Positions 1 to 13,408 of a DNA stretch of 64,000 bases are shown in pieces (positions within the stretch are counted from its first letter, which is position 1; the number at the start of each line of letters is the position of its first letter). Position numbers and translations under genes: made by a program. The notes beneath the pieces are model-generated. The model worked only from the letters and a program-made list of their open reading frames with translations. It had not been told where the DNA came from and searched no databases. The stretch covers positions 22,196,768-22,260,767 of the forward strand of contig NC_068996.1 in assembly GCF_001194135.2 (NCBI RefSeq). Reading direction: 5' to 3'. This stretch comes from Octopus bimaculoides (lineage: Eukaryota).

Positions 1-173
1 ATAAGATTGCTTTAATCCAATGGTAAAACATCTGTCATTTTTAACGGAAGATGTAGGTTCAAGTCCCACAGGCAGTCTTCAACTTTTTCTATCCAATAGG
101 TTTTTTTAACCACATATTTACAGGCTATCATTTATAGCATTACCTAACTTGTGTTCCACCATTGAAAATGAAT

Positions 174-205
<32 letters not shown>

Positions 206-258
206 TATTTGTGCATGTGTGTTGATATACTTGTTTCCAAATATAAATATAGAAACAC

Positions 259-288
<30 letters not shown>

Positions 289-333
<45 letters not shown>
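289..333. repeat. (GATA)n microsatellite after a (TA)n tract; a longer (GATA)n/(GGAT)n tract lies at ~49630-49785
   Basis: Direct inspection. Confidence 0.95.
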
Positions 334-334
<1 letters not shown>

Positions 335-970
335 TGTATGTGCATACTGAGAAGCAGACACACAGTCACAAAGATATGCATGTACACAAACACTCAAAAA
401 TATGTTCTTAGGTATTTAAACAATAAACTTTGAATTTTGCTACATTTTCCCACAAAATCAAGGAAATATTGTTTATATATNNNNNNNNNNNNNNNNNNNN
501 NNNNNNNNNNNNNNNNNTATATATATATATATATATGGTGATCCATGTATATATATGTTGATATAAACATATGCATGTAGATACATATAATATATATGTA
601 CATATACATGATTGTATGTGTGCGCATGCATGCACATCTCCTTAAAACATGAATATACCCAAGATAGGTTTGTAAATACAACTACATGTATGCACATATG
701 TATAAACAAACACACAGAATTTGGTAGATAATCAACAGAAAACCACTGCATTACATGTATGCATGCTATGCAAAGTTTCCACTGATGTATATTGGCTAAT
801 ATCTACAATGATGATGCCAAACACCAGCAGTTTACTAATGAAGCCTCTTTAGATAGTTGTTGAGTAGTACGAAGACTGACACTCCCTTGTCACTCTGGTC
901 AGCATGAATTAGTGATTGGCCTGTTTGGGAATGGTAAACTTTGATAAAGTTCTTTTTACAAACTATTATT

Positions 971-1023
<53 letters not shown>

Positions 1024-1172
1024 GTGTTACAACACTATTCCACATATACAAAAACAGCCAAACCAACAATCCAACATATCTCCATCATCAGCTACCCAAC
1101 AGATATCATTATGGTTTCGACACCTGGACAGTACCATTCAATGTGTATGTGCAAGTATGTGTGTATGCATAT

Positions 1173-1203
<31 letters not shown>

Positions 1204-2444
1204 ATAAAATAATTGAGAGGTAAGTATAATTCTCTCGATCACTTCATCAGTACTTCATGAAGAAGCCTGGCTAGAATAGTATTCCAATAACCAAAAGAAC
1301 ATGTTATACATCAATTAATTAGATGTATAACAAATCCAAATTATGACCTGGAAGGCATAACATAAGCTTCACAGAGGCGATAATAATAATAACTATATAA
1401 TAAATTTAAGAGAACTCAGATCAATGTTGAAATTGTTTCTGTAAACAATATTCCATAAACATATTTGGTATGGAATAGACATTTGTTCATGGAAACAATC
1501 ATTTGACATCTTTTTACCCCATTTAAACTATTATATATAACAGAAAAAACACAAAAAGCCTTGTGAAATACAGCTACGTGAGGTTTTATGGGTGGCTGAA
1601 ATATTTGTCTCACCATTTCAACAAGATGGATAAGTAAATAAACTGTTTTGCTTTTACCAGCTTGATAAATGGTAAACTAAATTACTGTCTTGATCAGGAA
1701 ACCCTTGGGCTGTTATATTTCACAAGACTTGTGGTTTTTATTATATCTTTACTATCTTAGCTAAGTGCTATTTTACTTGTTGAAACCTTACCACATATAT
1801 TACATTATATATATATATAAACACACATGCATACACACACACACACACATATGCCTTCATATATATTTAGAATTATTTGGCAAAAGCAACAAAGAACACA
1901 GTGAAACTGTCTGGAGAGTGTAGTAACCAATGTTTTGGACAGAATCTTTCTTCAAGGTCAAGAATACATGAGGGAAATAAAAGATTCAGCAAAAGTTTAC
2001 ACCCTCTATGTTTGAGGAACTGGCTGCAAGACAACTTGGTCTTGCTCTTGCATACATTGGTAGGAAGTAGCAGACAAGAGAAGTTAAAGGAAAGAGAAAT
2101 GTAAAAGGATAAGAAGGTGGTGCTCCAGCATGGCCACAGTCAAAAGACTGAAACAAGTAAAAGAGTAAGTGATGAGAGTGAAGTGGAGGGGAAATGTATA
2201 TGAGGGGGAAGCCAAAGAATAAAAATGGTACTACTGAATTAAGTGGGAATGTAAGAGTAGAACTTAAAACCTTTATTTAAATCCAGCATTGCCATGGTTC
2301 CAAGTTACAATATAAAATGCTACTCTTTCCGTTTCCTTGAGTGCACAAATCTATGATGTACAGAAATGGTGCAGACTATAAATGGAAAATAGAATCTTGT
2401 TTTGTTAGAGTGGGTGGAGACAGGTTAGCCTGGCTTGGAATTTA

Positions 2445-3500
2445 CCTCCACTGTATCCAACACCTCAGTTTTCTCAATATCTCAATCACTATCAACAATA
2501 TCCACCTGCCCACTGCAGACCTACAGAATCTCACTTCCATCTCCACAACACTTCTCATCCCAAGCACACTAAATCTGTTAAACCATACTCTCAATTGATT
2601 TGGATATCAAACCCCAATGTGAATCATGGGTAACTTTGGTCACTTGTGGACCTTGCATTATGCCAGCTCCTGGGGAATCAACTATGTCCCTGCCCTTCTT
2701 CCCTCTTTATGCACACCTCAAGACTGGATTCTACTCTCTCAATCTCCATTGAAACACAAACTCATTCTCAACTTTCAGATTTTATTCTCTGATCCCAGAA
2801 CCACTCCCATCTGGCTTGCACCATCTCTCCTAACCTTTCAAAAAGGATAGGAACTTCAGCAAATTCCCAGTAATACACAACCAAGCACATATAAATGTGC
2901 TCACCATGAGGAAACACCTGTCCCTACACTAACAACATTACAACCATCATTGGGTCAAACACATTACTCAGAACTTGTGCATCTTCTGACTGCTGCAAAG
3001 TTTGCACATAACTATATGAATATTGCATTATGCGCAAACTTTGCTGCACAATTTACAGTGGGGAAAACAAGCTATCACCTTGCTGATCACTTTTGTGAGT
3101 ACATCTGAAGCACTCTCCATGTAAGCCAGACGAACTGGTTCCTACTCCGACTCAGCAGGCCATTCAATTACCCCACTTATCAGTGTGTGGAATTTCTGCA
3201 CATCAGGGATTTGCACACTCAAGAAAATAGAATTTTGTATTCAAACTCAGAACCATGACAGATAGATTTATATGGGCATTGTTCCATCTACTCCTACACT
3301 TCCTGTCAGTTCAACAATCCCATTCTCATTCTTCAACTCCCCTCTCACTTCAATTTTCCTTTCCCCTTACTTGCCTCTCTTCCTCTTTTTATCTCCCATA
3401 CTTAATTTCTCTTTCCTACTACTTCCTGTCTACACATGCAATTTTGCACAGTTCTTCACTCACCATCAGTTGCAGCCAGTCACTCAAACATAGAGGACAT
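2445..3500 (+). mobile_element. Decayed Penelope-like retroelement (RT C-terminus plus GIY-YIG endonuclease)
   Basis: Frameshifted peptides SFLNISIT, TSHPKHTKSVKPYSQ, PSLLTFQK/DRNF, YCIMRKLCCTIYSGE (GIY-YIG-like), ADHFCEY, ISVCGIS, FVFKL. Confidence 0.8.
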
Positions 3501-4430
3501 ATAAAATTCTGCTGTCTTCACTTTTTTTCCCCCCCCAACAGACATCTTAACCCAGAAAAAAGGAGGATGTGAAAATATCTACGTATATATTCATTATATA
3601 TGTTGATATAAACACACACACAGAGGGAGATATACACATATACAGAGTTTATATATAAGCAAATATAAAAGCCTTTCTTTCTCTCTCATCACTCATTCAC
3701 ACATGCTCGCACACAGTAGAGCAGTAAACCAGCAGTATTGTTACAGCATTAGAGTATTATTGCAAAATTTATTTAGTCCTCTACATTTTGAGTTTAAATC
3801 CTATCATTGTTAATTTTGCTGTTCATCCTTCCAGGTTTGATAAAACAAAAAACTAGTACGCAAATTGAGTACCAGTACCACTTTAATTAACCACCAATCG
3901 GTATCAACATTCAATTGGGTAGCATTGCATAGTAGAGCTGAAATCCCTGCTCAACTGTAGGGCTTCAATGGCAGGTGGTGATTCAGCACACTGGTTGGCA
4001 TGCATTATCTAACTTCAACACCATCTATCTGTAACTCCTATATTACTGCCAACAAAACAAATACCCATCATCCATTCAAACACACACACACCCTGTGTCT
4101 GTCTGACTGTCCCTAAAAGTTAACCCCAATTAAAAAGAGATAGGGTAGAAAAATGAAAATATACTATACAGTAATACACACACAAAAACATACTGTGATG
4201 TGTGTGCATGTGTAAATATATATATATATATATATATTTACACATGCACACATACACAGAAGCATACTGTGATGAATATACATACACAAGTCATATATAT
4301 ACATGTGTGTGTGTGTGTGTACACACACACTGACATACACATTTACACATACATTTATATTATATACACATATACACAAATATATACTTTCATTAGTTTT
4401 ATTGTGAGATAAATAAACATATGTAAAGCT

Positions 4431-4652
4431 TTATAATGGTCGATCTATATTCTTTTCTGAGAAACCAGCTTGCATAAATTGTGAAAGTCCTGTCGGTGAT
4501 TGTTGCAAGCAATTCTTATCAACAATGTTGAAGAACCATTCTGTAAATCTTCTTAACTCTGTAGCAGCTGTTTGAGATTCATCTTGGAGTCGTTGATTTT
4601 CAGCTCGTAACTTGGTTATTTCAGATTCATACTGAGAATTCTTTTGTTTTTC
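4431..4652 (-). CDS. SIPA1L: SIPA1L last coding exon, 222 nt: EKQKNSQYESEITKLRAENQRLQDESQTAATELRRFTEWFFNIVDK...DRPL-stop
   Basis: Acceptor ttattacag|GAA; matches the SIPA1L terminal coiled coil; TAA at 4431-4433. Confidence 0.95.
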   Translation of the reverse strand, partial: EKQKNSQYESEITKLRAENQRLQDESQTAATELRRFTEWFFNIVDKNCLQQSPTGLSQFMQAGFSEKNIDRPL

Positions 4653-5659
4653 CTGTAATAACAAAATTATTTGTTTTTAAGTTATATTTTATCGGCAAAT
4701 AAAAATTAATAGCTTAAAATACCATAATAAAAGAATTGGAATTATACACACATATATACCTACACACACAACACCTCGACCAGATTCCTCACAAGAAAGA
4801 AACATAAAATAATTCAGATATAGTAAGTGATGGAATATTTAAATTGAATCTAGTCACGAGCAACTCCATAGCATTAATTAACTTTACATAAGTACCACAA
4901 TCAGGAATGGTAGATAAGCATAAGAACTGATTCTATAAGGCTCTCTTCCAGACCAACTTGAAAACAGATGACAGCAACCTTATTAAAATGGCTGGTCACA
5001 TTAATAGACATGTTGGGTAACACTATGTTAGCTACTCTAGTAAACATGAAAAGTAAGAATATGGTATGAGGAATGAGAAGGATAAACGATCTTGGAGTTT
5101 TTATGACACAAATGACCTGATCCATTTACAACACTTACTTAAGAAACTGACTAGTCACTTGATTCCCTACCAATCAAATGGGGACACACCAGGAACTACA
5201 AGACAGAAGATAGTGAATAATAATGCTTTCCTTAGTGAAGAGTGTACAACTCAACATAAGTCTAGTGGTTAACAATTCAAGATTTAGAAACATGCTTGAA
5301 GAAGGAATTACAAAAGCCAAAAGACCTTTTGGCCAGAAGTAGGTTCAAAGTAGCAGTTGACACATATGATCAGAAGTAAACAGCAACTTATAACATGGAG
5401 AACAACTACGGGTTGGATGGTTTGACTGAGGACTGGCAAATCAGGAGGCTGCACCAGCCTTCAATCTGATCTGGCAAGGTTTCTACAGCTGGATACCCTT
5501 CCTAACACCAACCACCCTGAGAGTGCAGTGGGTGCTTTTTACATGCCACTAGCACAGGAGCTAGTCAGGCGGCACTGGCAACAACCATATTTGTATGGTG
5601 CTTTTTACATGCCACCAGCATGGGAGTCAGTCTGGTGGGACTGGCATTGGCCACGACAA

Positions 5660-5694
<35 letters not shown>

Positions 5695-5697
<3 letters not shown>

Positions 5698-5860
5698 GAG
5701 AATTTACGAAAAAAACAATAGACGAAGACAGGTGATGTAAACAACAAATGGATGTATTAGTTTAATGCTCGGGAATAGAGAAAGTCTTTTGACGTTTCGA
5801 ACTACGCTCTTCAACTGAAAGGAACACAGAAAGAAATAAGGAGAGAAACAAGGAGAAAAA
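5695..5860 (-). mobile_element. Short Penelope-type repeat abutting a (TA)n tract, carrying a degenerate hammerhead-like motif
   Basis: Minus strand: cttt-CAGTTGA-AGAGCGTAGTTC-GAAAC-GTC-aaaag; directly joined to (TA)n at ~5665-5695. Confidence 0.5.
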
Positions 5861-6013
5861 AAATATAAATGTAGTGGTCAGCAATCTATATATATCAACT
5901 GTGAATATGTTTCATTAGAACAGCTCTTTATAATGTTAGCACTATAAAGATTAAGATAATATATTTAGACACAGACAGAAAATATCATGAATATATGGAA
6001 TATAATTACAAAC

Positions 6014-6101
6014 CTTATCTAAATCATTACAGGTTTGCTGTACTTTTTGTTCCAGTTCTTTGATTATTTGTTGTGGATTTGATACAACTGTTCTTGACAT
6101 A
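6014..6101 (-). CDS. SIPA1L: SIPA1L exon U, 88 nt, phase 2->0: (S)MSRTVVSNPQQIIKELEQKVQQTCNDLDK (start of coiled coil)
   Basis: Acceptor ctatattcag|T, donor AAG|gtttgt; ELE.KV..L..DL.K heptad pattern. Confidence 0.9.
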
Positions 6102-8757
6102 CTGAATATAGAAAAATAATGATCAATATCAAAACAAATGATAACAAATTTATGTTGTGTGTGTGTGTATGTGTGTGTTGTACATGCATGTGTTGTGCAC
6201 AAACTCATGGGTTATGCATGCAGATGTATGTGTGTTGTACATGCATGTGTTGTGCACATAAATGTGTTATGTGCAAATGCATATGTTGTGTATTTGTATG
6301 AATTTTTATGTATGCTGCATGTTGAGTGTGTTTCTGTTGTATGTGCAAGTTGTATGTATGTATGTATTATCATTGTAAGAATGTGAATGATTCTAATATA
6401 TGCTTCATATATGCCTATGTGCACATTGTGTGTTATACATATCTGCTACATCATCCTCATCAGCATTGTCTAACATTCAAAGGGTCCAAAGATTACATCA
6501 TGCCCCAGTGTTTAAAGCTGGATGCCCTTCCTAACATCAACTACCTTAGTGTGTACAGTGTGCACTTCTGAAATGACTCTGCAGCTCATAATACTACAAA
6601 CCCTGAGGGAGGGATACAGATTTGTGCCAGGTGGTGAAGGTTAAGGTATGAGACAAGAGGGAAGAGCAAGTTCTTGTTATAGAATGGTACCTGGCACCTC
6701 ACATCTGTCACATGTAAGTTCATGTATATAATCGTAACATGTACAATGTGTCAAATATGCATAACTTACGTGTTTTATAGGATAAGACATAAATTTTTTT
6801 TATGTTCATGCCTCTCCCCAGGGCCACTGATAATGCTACCCAAGTGAAATGGCTACAACTGAGAATCAAAATAATGACACCTGATTTCTATACTATGCAC
6901 CACTTATTAGGTAACACTATTTATTATTAGCTAACAACACTTGTTGCTCACTTCTTATGTAATAACATTTATTGCAACAATTATTTAAGTTATCATTACA
7001 TCTGAGGACAGCAAATTTAAATGAGATGCTAAGGTGTTACATTATATGCACTTTTCAAATTATTTAAATTTGATCCATCTCTGTTCTGATTTCAAATCCT
7101 TCTGCTGGTACTTGTTAGGAACCAAGAATCCCAAGGTTAATTGAATACATATCACTAAAAATTCTGTAGTTAAATCTTTTGATTTATTACACACATAACA
7201 CAGGTGCAGGTATACATGGTTAAGAAGTTAGCCTCAATCTGAGTACATAACCTTAGACAAATGCCAGATTGACTAATAATGAGTGGAATTTGGCAAATGG
7301 AAAGTGAGCAGATGCTTGTCACACACACATTCATTTTATGTCCATTTTTCCCATTAATTAGAGAAATGTATTACAAAGGCATGTTTTACAGCGAAATACC
7401 CTTCCTGTCACAAGTAGCTTCCCTACAGGAAGAAACTTGTTCTGTTCTGGTTCTTTTTCTTGTACTTTATGCCCTCATTTCCTTGACTAAAGTTACCTCT
7501 TTCTCTACTGCAGCCCAACTCAATTGAAGGGGATTTTAGTCTTGCAAACTACCTGACAATTTCATTAGTGCTGTGCCATGAAAAAAAGAAAACAAAAAAC
7601 AACCCCCCCCCCACCTATTTCAAGTATTAAAGTGGTTGGCATTACAAAAGGCATCTAGACATAGAAACTATTCCAAAGTAGACACTGGTGCATGATTCAG
7701 TCACCTAACTCATTGGATCCCATCAAATTGTTCAACCCACACCAGCATGAAAGACAGACAGAAAAAAAAAGAAGGAAGGAAGGATATGTGTGTGTGTGTG
7801 TGTGACTTTAAACTGCATCTGATAGGGGATCTTTGTACAGGAGTTCCAAGGTTTTGAGGAGTCCCAACTCTCAGCCATAATTTCTTCCCAGGTCTACTCT
7901 AGCCTGGAGTAGTAGAACCAGTTAAAGTCCCAGCTATGGGCTAACTAACATGTGAACCTGTGAACGTCCATGTAAACTGGGAGTGAAGGGCCTCTAGTTC
8001 TCATTAGAACTTCCTTCTTGGAAATAGTAAACTTATCTAAAAACAAAACTTGAAGTGCAGTTAGTTTCAGGTCATCTCAACAATCTCTGTTGTACCACTG
8101 GTTGTGTAGTTGATTGCCTTGAAAAGTGGGTTCAGTGCAATACAACACCTTATCCACTCAAGACAAACTCTTACAATGTTTGTATAGGTTTACTGAGTGT
8201 AGAAAGTAGTCTTATTCAGTTACAAGATGACTTCCACCATGCCTGTATGCATACCATACAGGTACGATGTGGGCATGAATATAAATTGGATGCAGAATGG
8301 CCAAATGGTTAAGAAGTTTGCTTTGCAATCTTGAGTCCTGAGCCTGCCATATGGTATATTGGAACATGATAAAGTACCTTTTATCATAGCCTTGTCAGTG
8401 AAACTGGGTGGACGGAAACTGTGTGGAAGCCCACATAATGGACTATATCTGTAATTCAAAAGTCCAGCTTGATCACACATACACGCACACTGTGGTAGAC
8501 TGATTCTGCCCTAAAACTATATTATGGGTATATGTGTTTGTGGAATACTCAGTTACAAAATAATTCAATGAGCAAATAATTTAGTTGAAAACCGGTGTTG
8601 GTTATGTTTTTAGTTTCAGTGCTGTCTGTTACCTAGTCACTTCAACAAATAAGGGTCAATAAGAATAAATGCCCAACTGAGACAAATAAAAGAGTACAGT
8701 CCCTTTACAAAGTCTAACAGTATCCCTAAAGAAGGAGTTGAGATAAAAAGAACGTAC

Positions 8758-8851
8758 CTTTTGTCTTTATTCTGAAGAGTTAAGAGCTCATTTTTCTCTT
8801 TTGCTTGTAATACTTGTTCACTTGACTGTTTTTGATTCTTCATTTGTGTAC
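8758..8851 (-). CDS. SIPA1L: SIPA1L exon T, 94 nt, phase 1->2: (S)TQMKNQKQSSEQVLQAKEKNELLTLQNKDK
   Basis: Acceptor ttctctgcag|GT, donor AG|gtacgt; phases match both neighbours. Confidence 0.82.
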
Positions 8852-8922
8852 CTGCAGAGAAATAAAATACAAATAATGTAAGTTTATCCACGTGTGAAAA
8901 TGATGTTCCCTATACATACTGG

Positions 8923-9300
8923 TTAGGTGTGTATAGTCTGGTGATATGGGTGGGTGTATAGTATGTTTGTGTATACCAACACTATACATTTACACACACA
9001 CACACACACACACAACAACACCACCACATACAGTATAATATTGTGTAGTGCATGATGTGCATATGTTGTGCATGTGTGTGCATAGTGCATGTAGTGTGTG
9101 TATGATGTTATGCATGGTGCATCTACATGATGTATGTGCACAACAGTGTAACTGTGAGTCATTGTGTAACGTATCATTTGTGTATGTCAGTATAACATAG
9201 GACGGGACTAGTGTGCATCTGATATGTCTACAGTATTGTGAATGATTGTGTGGTTTTGTTTGCATGTGTACACATATACAAGCATGAGCGAATGAAGTGT
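8923..9300. repeat. Degenerate (TG)/(TATG)/(TGCA) low-complexity tract; similar tracts at 6150-6430, 4170-4390, 38230-38350 and many pure (TA)n/(CA)n runs
   Basis: Direct inspection; explains most C/V/Y/I/H/T-rich ORFs in the track. Confidence 0.9.
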
Positions 9301-10344
9301 TATACAAGAGATCCATTGCTACTGTAGTGACGCAAGTCATAATAAATCTTTATCAGTGGTAATATGACATAATGGTCATGTTGCCCAAATAGGTATAATT
9401 GTTAGTTTCCCATTGGTTAAAATTACTGCCCATATTTGAATTCTAAACTTTCGTCAAAGAGAAATCTTTCAGGAAATATGGTTCTTAGAATTCAGGTATG
9501 AGCAGTTATAAAACCCCTGATTTTGGGGAGATTAACCAGTGATTGTTGGTTGTCAATCGACTCTATGACATTCACATTCAGTGTTCGTTGGCTGTCGCTT
9601 ATTTCCATGATACTCACACTCTTGAGATATTGGCTATTGTTATGCCAGGTCTATTACTTAATTCAACAAGGTTATTTTGATTTGTTGTGTAAAACTCTAG
9701 TAGCTTAGTATGGAAGAATTAGTTAATATAAATTTTATAATGAAATTTACTTCTGCAACTATGAAACTGTTATTATAGCAGTGAAAAAGAGCGAGCTTTA
9801 TTTATCTTCAACATACATGCACGTTCAGCATCTTGGTGTGTATAATTTATCACAGCGTTTACGCAGCCAGAGTTAAGATTTATGTATAGTGATAATACTT
9901 ATAATTAAGTTATAAATGACGGGCTTATCACCATAGATTTCTACTCAATAAACATCTATATTTATTATCTTTTTCAAGTTCGAACACATTATAAATTGGT
10001 GACCAACTGATGTTGATTACGAAGTCTACTCGGGAGAATAATCACCGTATAAATAGGCAACTTACCGTTATACCACTTACCAAACACTTTCAATACATGT
10101 CTTTCAGTATACATAGCTTAGCACTTGTCTTTCATACAGACTACCGCCCTCCCTTACATGTTTTCACTTCATACATAACCCACCAATAAACCTAACCACA
10201 CACTCTACATGCATTTCACAACACATGTATTTTACCACATATGTGCCTCACGTACAGAAATTACCCAGATACAATTCAGTACTAACTCTGAAAGAAGAAT
10301 GAAAAAATAAACATTCTTTAGAAATAATCAAAATGTACACTTAC

Positions 10345-10502
10345 TTTCTATTGCCTTTGTTGCAACATTTACAAGGTTTGACCATTCTAATGAAGCAGTG
10401 GACCCCACTAACGGAATTCGGGAGTTAGGTGATGGGGTTGAATATTTTCGCCTGGTTGGAGGAGATACTAAGGGTTTATCACTTCGCACACTTGGAGAGA
10501 GT
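10345..10502 (-). CDS. SIPA1L: SIPA1L exon S, 158 nt, phase 2->1: LSPSVRSDKP...SLEWSNLVNVATKAIE
   Basis: Acceptor ccttttcaaag|A, donor A|gtaagt; LEWSNLV motif of the SIPA1L C-terminal region; not in the ORF track. Confidence 0.92.
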
Positions 10503-11382
10503 CTTTGAAAAGGAAATAAATAATAAAGAAAGAAAAATGATTACTTATTACACAAATTTGAGGCAGATTTAAGACAAATTTACATTTTGACAGAGCAGAG
10601 ATGGGAAGGATATAAAACACACATTCACACTGTGATCTACCACACACTGGTGTCTACTTGGAACTAAGTAAACACAGCTGTCAGTAGATAAATGATTTGA
10701 CATTGAACACAGTGCATTGATGGAGACATGATGCAAATTAATGAACGTTTTAACATTCTAATTCTTAATTGATTAAAGTCTCAGTAGAACTAATAATAAA
10801 AGAATATATTTATGTGTGTGCATATGTGTTAGCACAATGACAGACCAATGGCTGTCACCAGTAAATGATCACACAATCACATTGTATATAAATTATTACT
10901 ATTATGTTAAACAGTTGTATGTCCAAATTTGGCCAAATGCGTTTTTTTTTTTTTTCCAACATTTATTTTTGCTTGCAAGAGCCATTTTCTTTTTGTTAAA
11001 CTATCATATCTCTGGCTTACTTCAGATGCTAAGATATCAAAAATTGTCAAAGTGCAGTACAACGTTTTTGCTATAGAATGGTGAAACTATTTTTTCATTT
11101 TGGACTTACAGCACTTTTGCATAATAGCAACAATATATATACACATACACACACACACACACACACATTACTGTGTCTGGGGAGATTCATTTTGTCTTTA
11201 TGCCTTATTAACTAGCACACTGCTTTGATTTCCATTCAATTTATTTACATATATTTTTTCTTCCAGAATTTTCATTGCTTCTTGCAACCATCTCAATAGT
11301 GGTTGACAGCCTGTTTATCAGAGCTGCGTTCCCTTTGCTCGTTTGTGTACACATGTGCAAACCAGATACAAAAATCAAAAGT

Positions 11383-11870
11383 ATAAGAACAGGGTGGAGG
11401 AAGTTCAGAGAACTACTACCTCTGTTGGCAGCAAAAGGATTGTTTCGCTGAGGGTGAAAGGTAGATTGTATGATTGCGCGTGTGATAACGGCTATGTTAT
11501 ATGGTAGTAAGACATAGACACTGACTGTGGAGGATATGCGTAGGATGGAGAGGAATGAAGGTAGTATGCTCCGTTGGATTTGCAATGCCAGTGGGCATGA
11601 CCAGCAAAGCATAATTGTGTTGAGAGAAAAGTTAGGCATAAGAGGGATTAAATGTGGTATGCAAGAGAGGAGAATGTGTTGGTTTGTACATGCAGTGTAC
11701 AAAGGTAGTTAAACAATTTTCTAGGCCAGAGGACCAGATGCCATTGTAGTAATTGTGTGTGTGAGAGAGGAGGGAGAGAAAGAGAAAGAGAGCAGCACAA
11801 TGGTATGTGAAAGAAGATTTGTTCAATAAATCATTTGTGCTTAGGAGGAAAGGTCTAGAATGTTTATAGG
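11383..11870 (+). mobile_element. RTE-clade LINE fragment (ORF C-terminal part)
   Basis: IRTGWRKFRELLPLL...EDMRRMERNEGSMLRWICN...LREKLGIRGIKCGMQERRMCWF, typical post-RT region of RTE elements. Confidence 0.85.
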
Positions 11871-12115
11871 GGTAGAAGCTAAGCAGGTATGGCTGGGTGG
11901 CTAAAGAAGTTTACTCTGCAATCATATGGTGCTGGGTTCAATTCTACTATGCACACACTTTAGACAAACAAGGGTATTCAGCCATAGCTTCAAGGCTTGG
12001 CAATAAGGAGTGGGTTAAATGAAATTTTATAAAATAAATTAAAAAAAAAAAATACAACATAAATATTAAGCAATGTAAAAGACAAAGAAAAGAAAAGAAA
12101 AAAAAACACACAGAC

Positions 12116-12312
12116 CTATCCCTAGGATCTTTTTCTGATTTGATCATTGCAACTTGTTTCCTGACAGGTGCATTTTTGCCAAACCGAAGGTCAGTAGCAG
12201 CATGATCTTCCACATTTATATTCAGGACTGCGGAACTTTTGTTACTGTTAAGACTTTCTTCAGAAGTGGCTCGCTGTAAAGGAGTGCTCACTGCTTGCAC
12301 ATAAAGTCCTTC
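12116..12312 (-). CDS. SIPA1L: SIPA1L exon R, 197 nt, phase 0->2: EGLYVQAVSTPLQRATSEESL...KSEKDPRD
   Basis: Acceptor ccacttgcag|GAA, donor AG|gtctgt (weak); LQR..SEESL resembles the SIPA1L L.RT.SDES motif. Confidence 0.85.
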
Positions 12313-13158
12313 CTGCAAGTGGAATAAACATGTAAAATCAGTTATATTTTCTTTAAACAGTTCCTACTTGATGAAATTCATATTTATAATTGCGCTGATA
12401 AATTGAGAAAATAAAGATATATTTTAAAAAATAAGATTTATTAGAATGAAACAAATTAAGAAAATTTTGATAACATTAATTAGTAATTAATGAACTATTT
12501 CTAATCACCTGCTTTTCATTTTATACAAAAAAATTTAGGTACATGATATATAATTATATAAAATATAAGTTATGTTTAATAGCTTGTATTTTATATAATT
12601 TTTATATAAAGTTTTATATAAAAATGAAGTAGATAGTTCTTTTCAACTTCTTATCCTACAGATAAGCACTTAATCTAAAATGCATTTTCATGTTACCTCT
12701 TTTGGATAGTATGTCTTGTTTCAAACAATCTTTGGTATGATCTCATTATATAAGAATTTTCTAATAGGTGTGAATTTTAATGAAAGGTAAATGGTATTCA
12801 GTAACATCCATGCCTTTCCCAAAGACATCAGAAACATAAACCACAATGGAAGAAACAGAAATTGTGACTGAAATATGAAGGGAGCCTAAGCATGATTAGT
12901 CAACATTTCCCTCAAATCACATCTTTACAGTTTAAAAAAAGGAGAAAAACTGTTAAACATTCCAGTCAACCTTCCCAGTTAAAAAGCTGAGAGGGTCAAC
13001 TTTTGATCATAAGTCTACTTAACAAGAGCTGAGTTGGAGGATTAAATAACAACAAAAACACATACAAGACTTGGTATATTTTTCAAAGATCTCTGTATTA
13101 ATATTTAATAATTCCATAATCATGACAAAATATTTATTTTAAAGACAATGCTACTCAC

Positions 13159-13408
13159 AGGAGACTTATCTAAATCTTCAGGTGGATTGGTGGTGCTAAT
13201 ATTATTGAAGAGTCGTAATAAATCTTCTTGTAAATTACTGGTATTTACTGCATGCTTTGTGTTAGAATGGTGAGGAGTCCTGGTCACTGCACTATTAGAA
13301 ATAGCAGCATGCATTGAGGAACTGGTGTGGGGAACAGCAGGAATTCCAACATTACCTACACGGTTCTTGGAGCTCAAAGATTCTTCTGAAGATCTTCCTG
13401 ATAAATTT
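13159..13408 (-). CDS. SIPA1L: SIPA1L exon Q, 250 nt, phase 2->0: (K)NLSGRSSEESLSSKNR...LQEDLLRLFNN...DKSP
   Basis: Acceptor tctcttcaattttccaaaag|A, donor CCT|gtgagt; a second in-frame phase-1 acceptor would start the exon at 13397. Confidence 0.82.

Noticed and set aside
118-1212. ORFs rich in Y/I/C/V/H/T here and at 4164, 6119-6571, 8923-9340, 37823, 52132, 62846
   Set aside because: They are translations of (TA)n, (CA)n, (GATA)n and related microsatellites, or run through N gaps.
9350-10130. Possible additional Penelope GIY-YIG fragments
   Set aside because: Only faint peptide resemblance; too degraded to support without a profile search.
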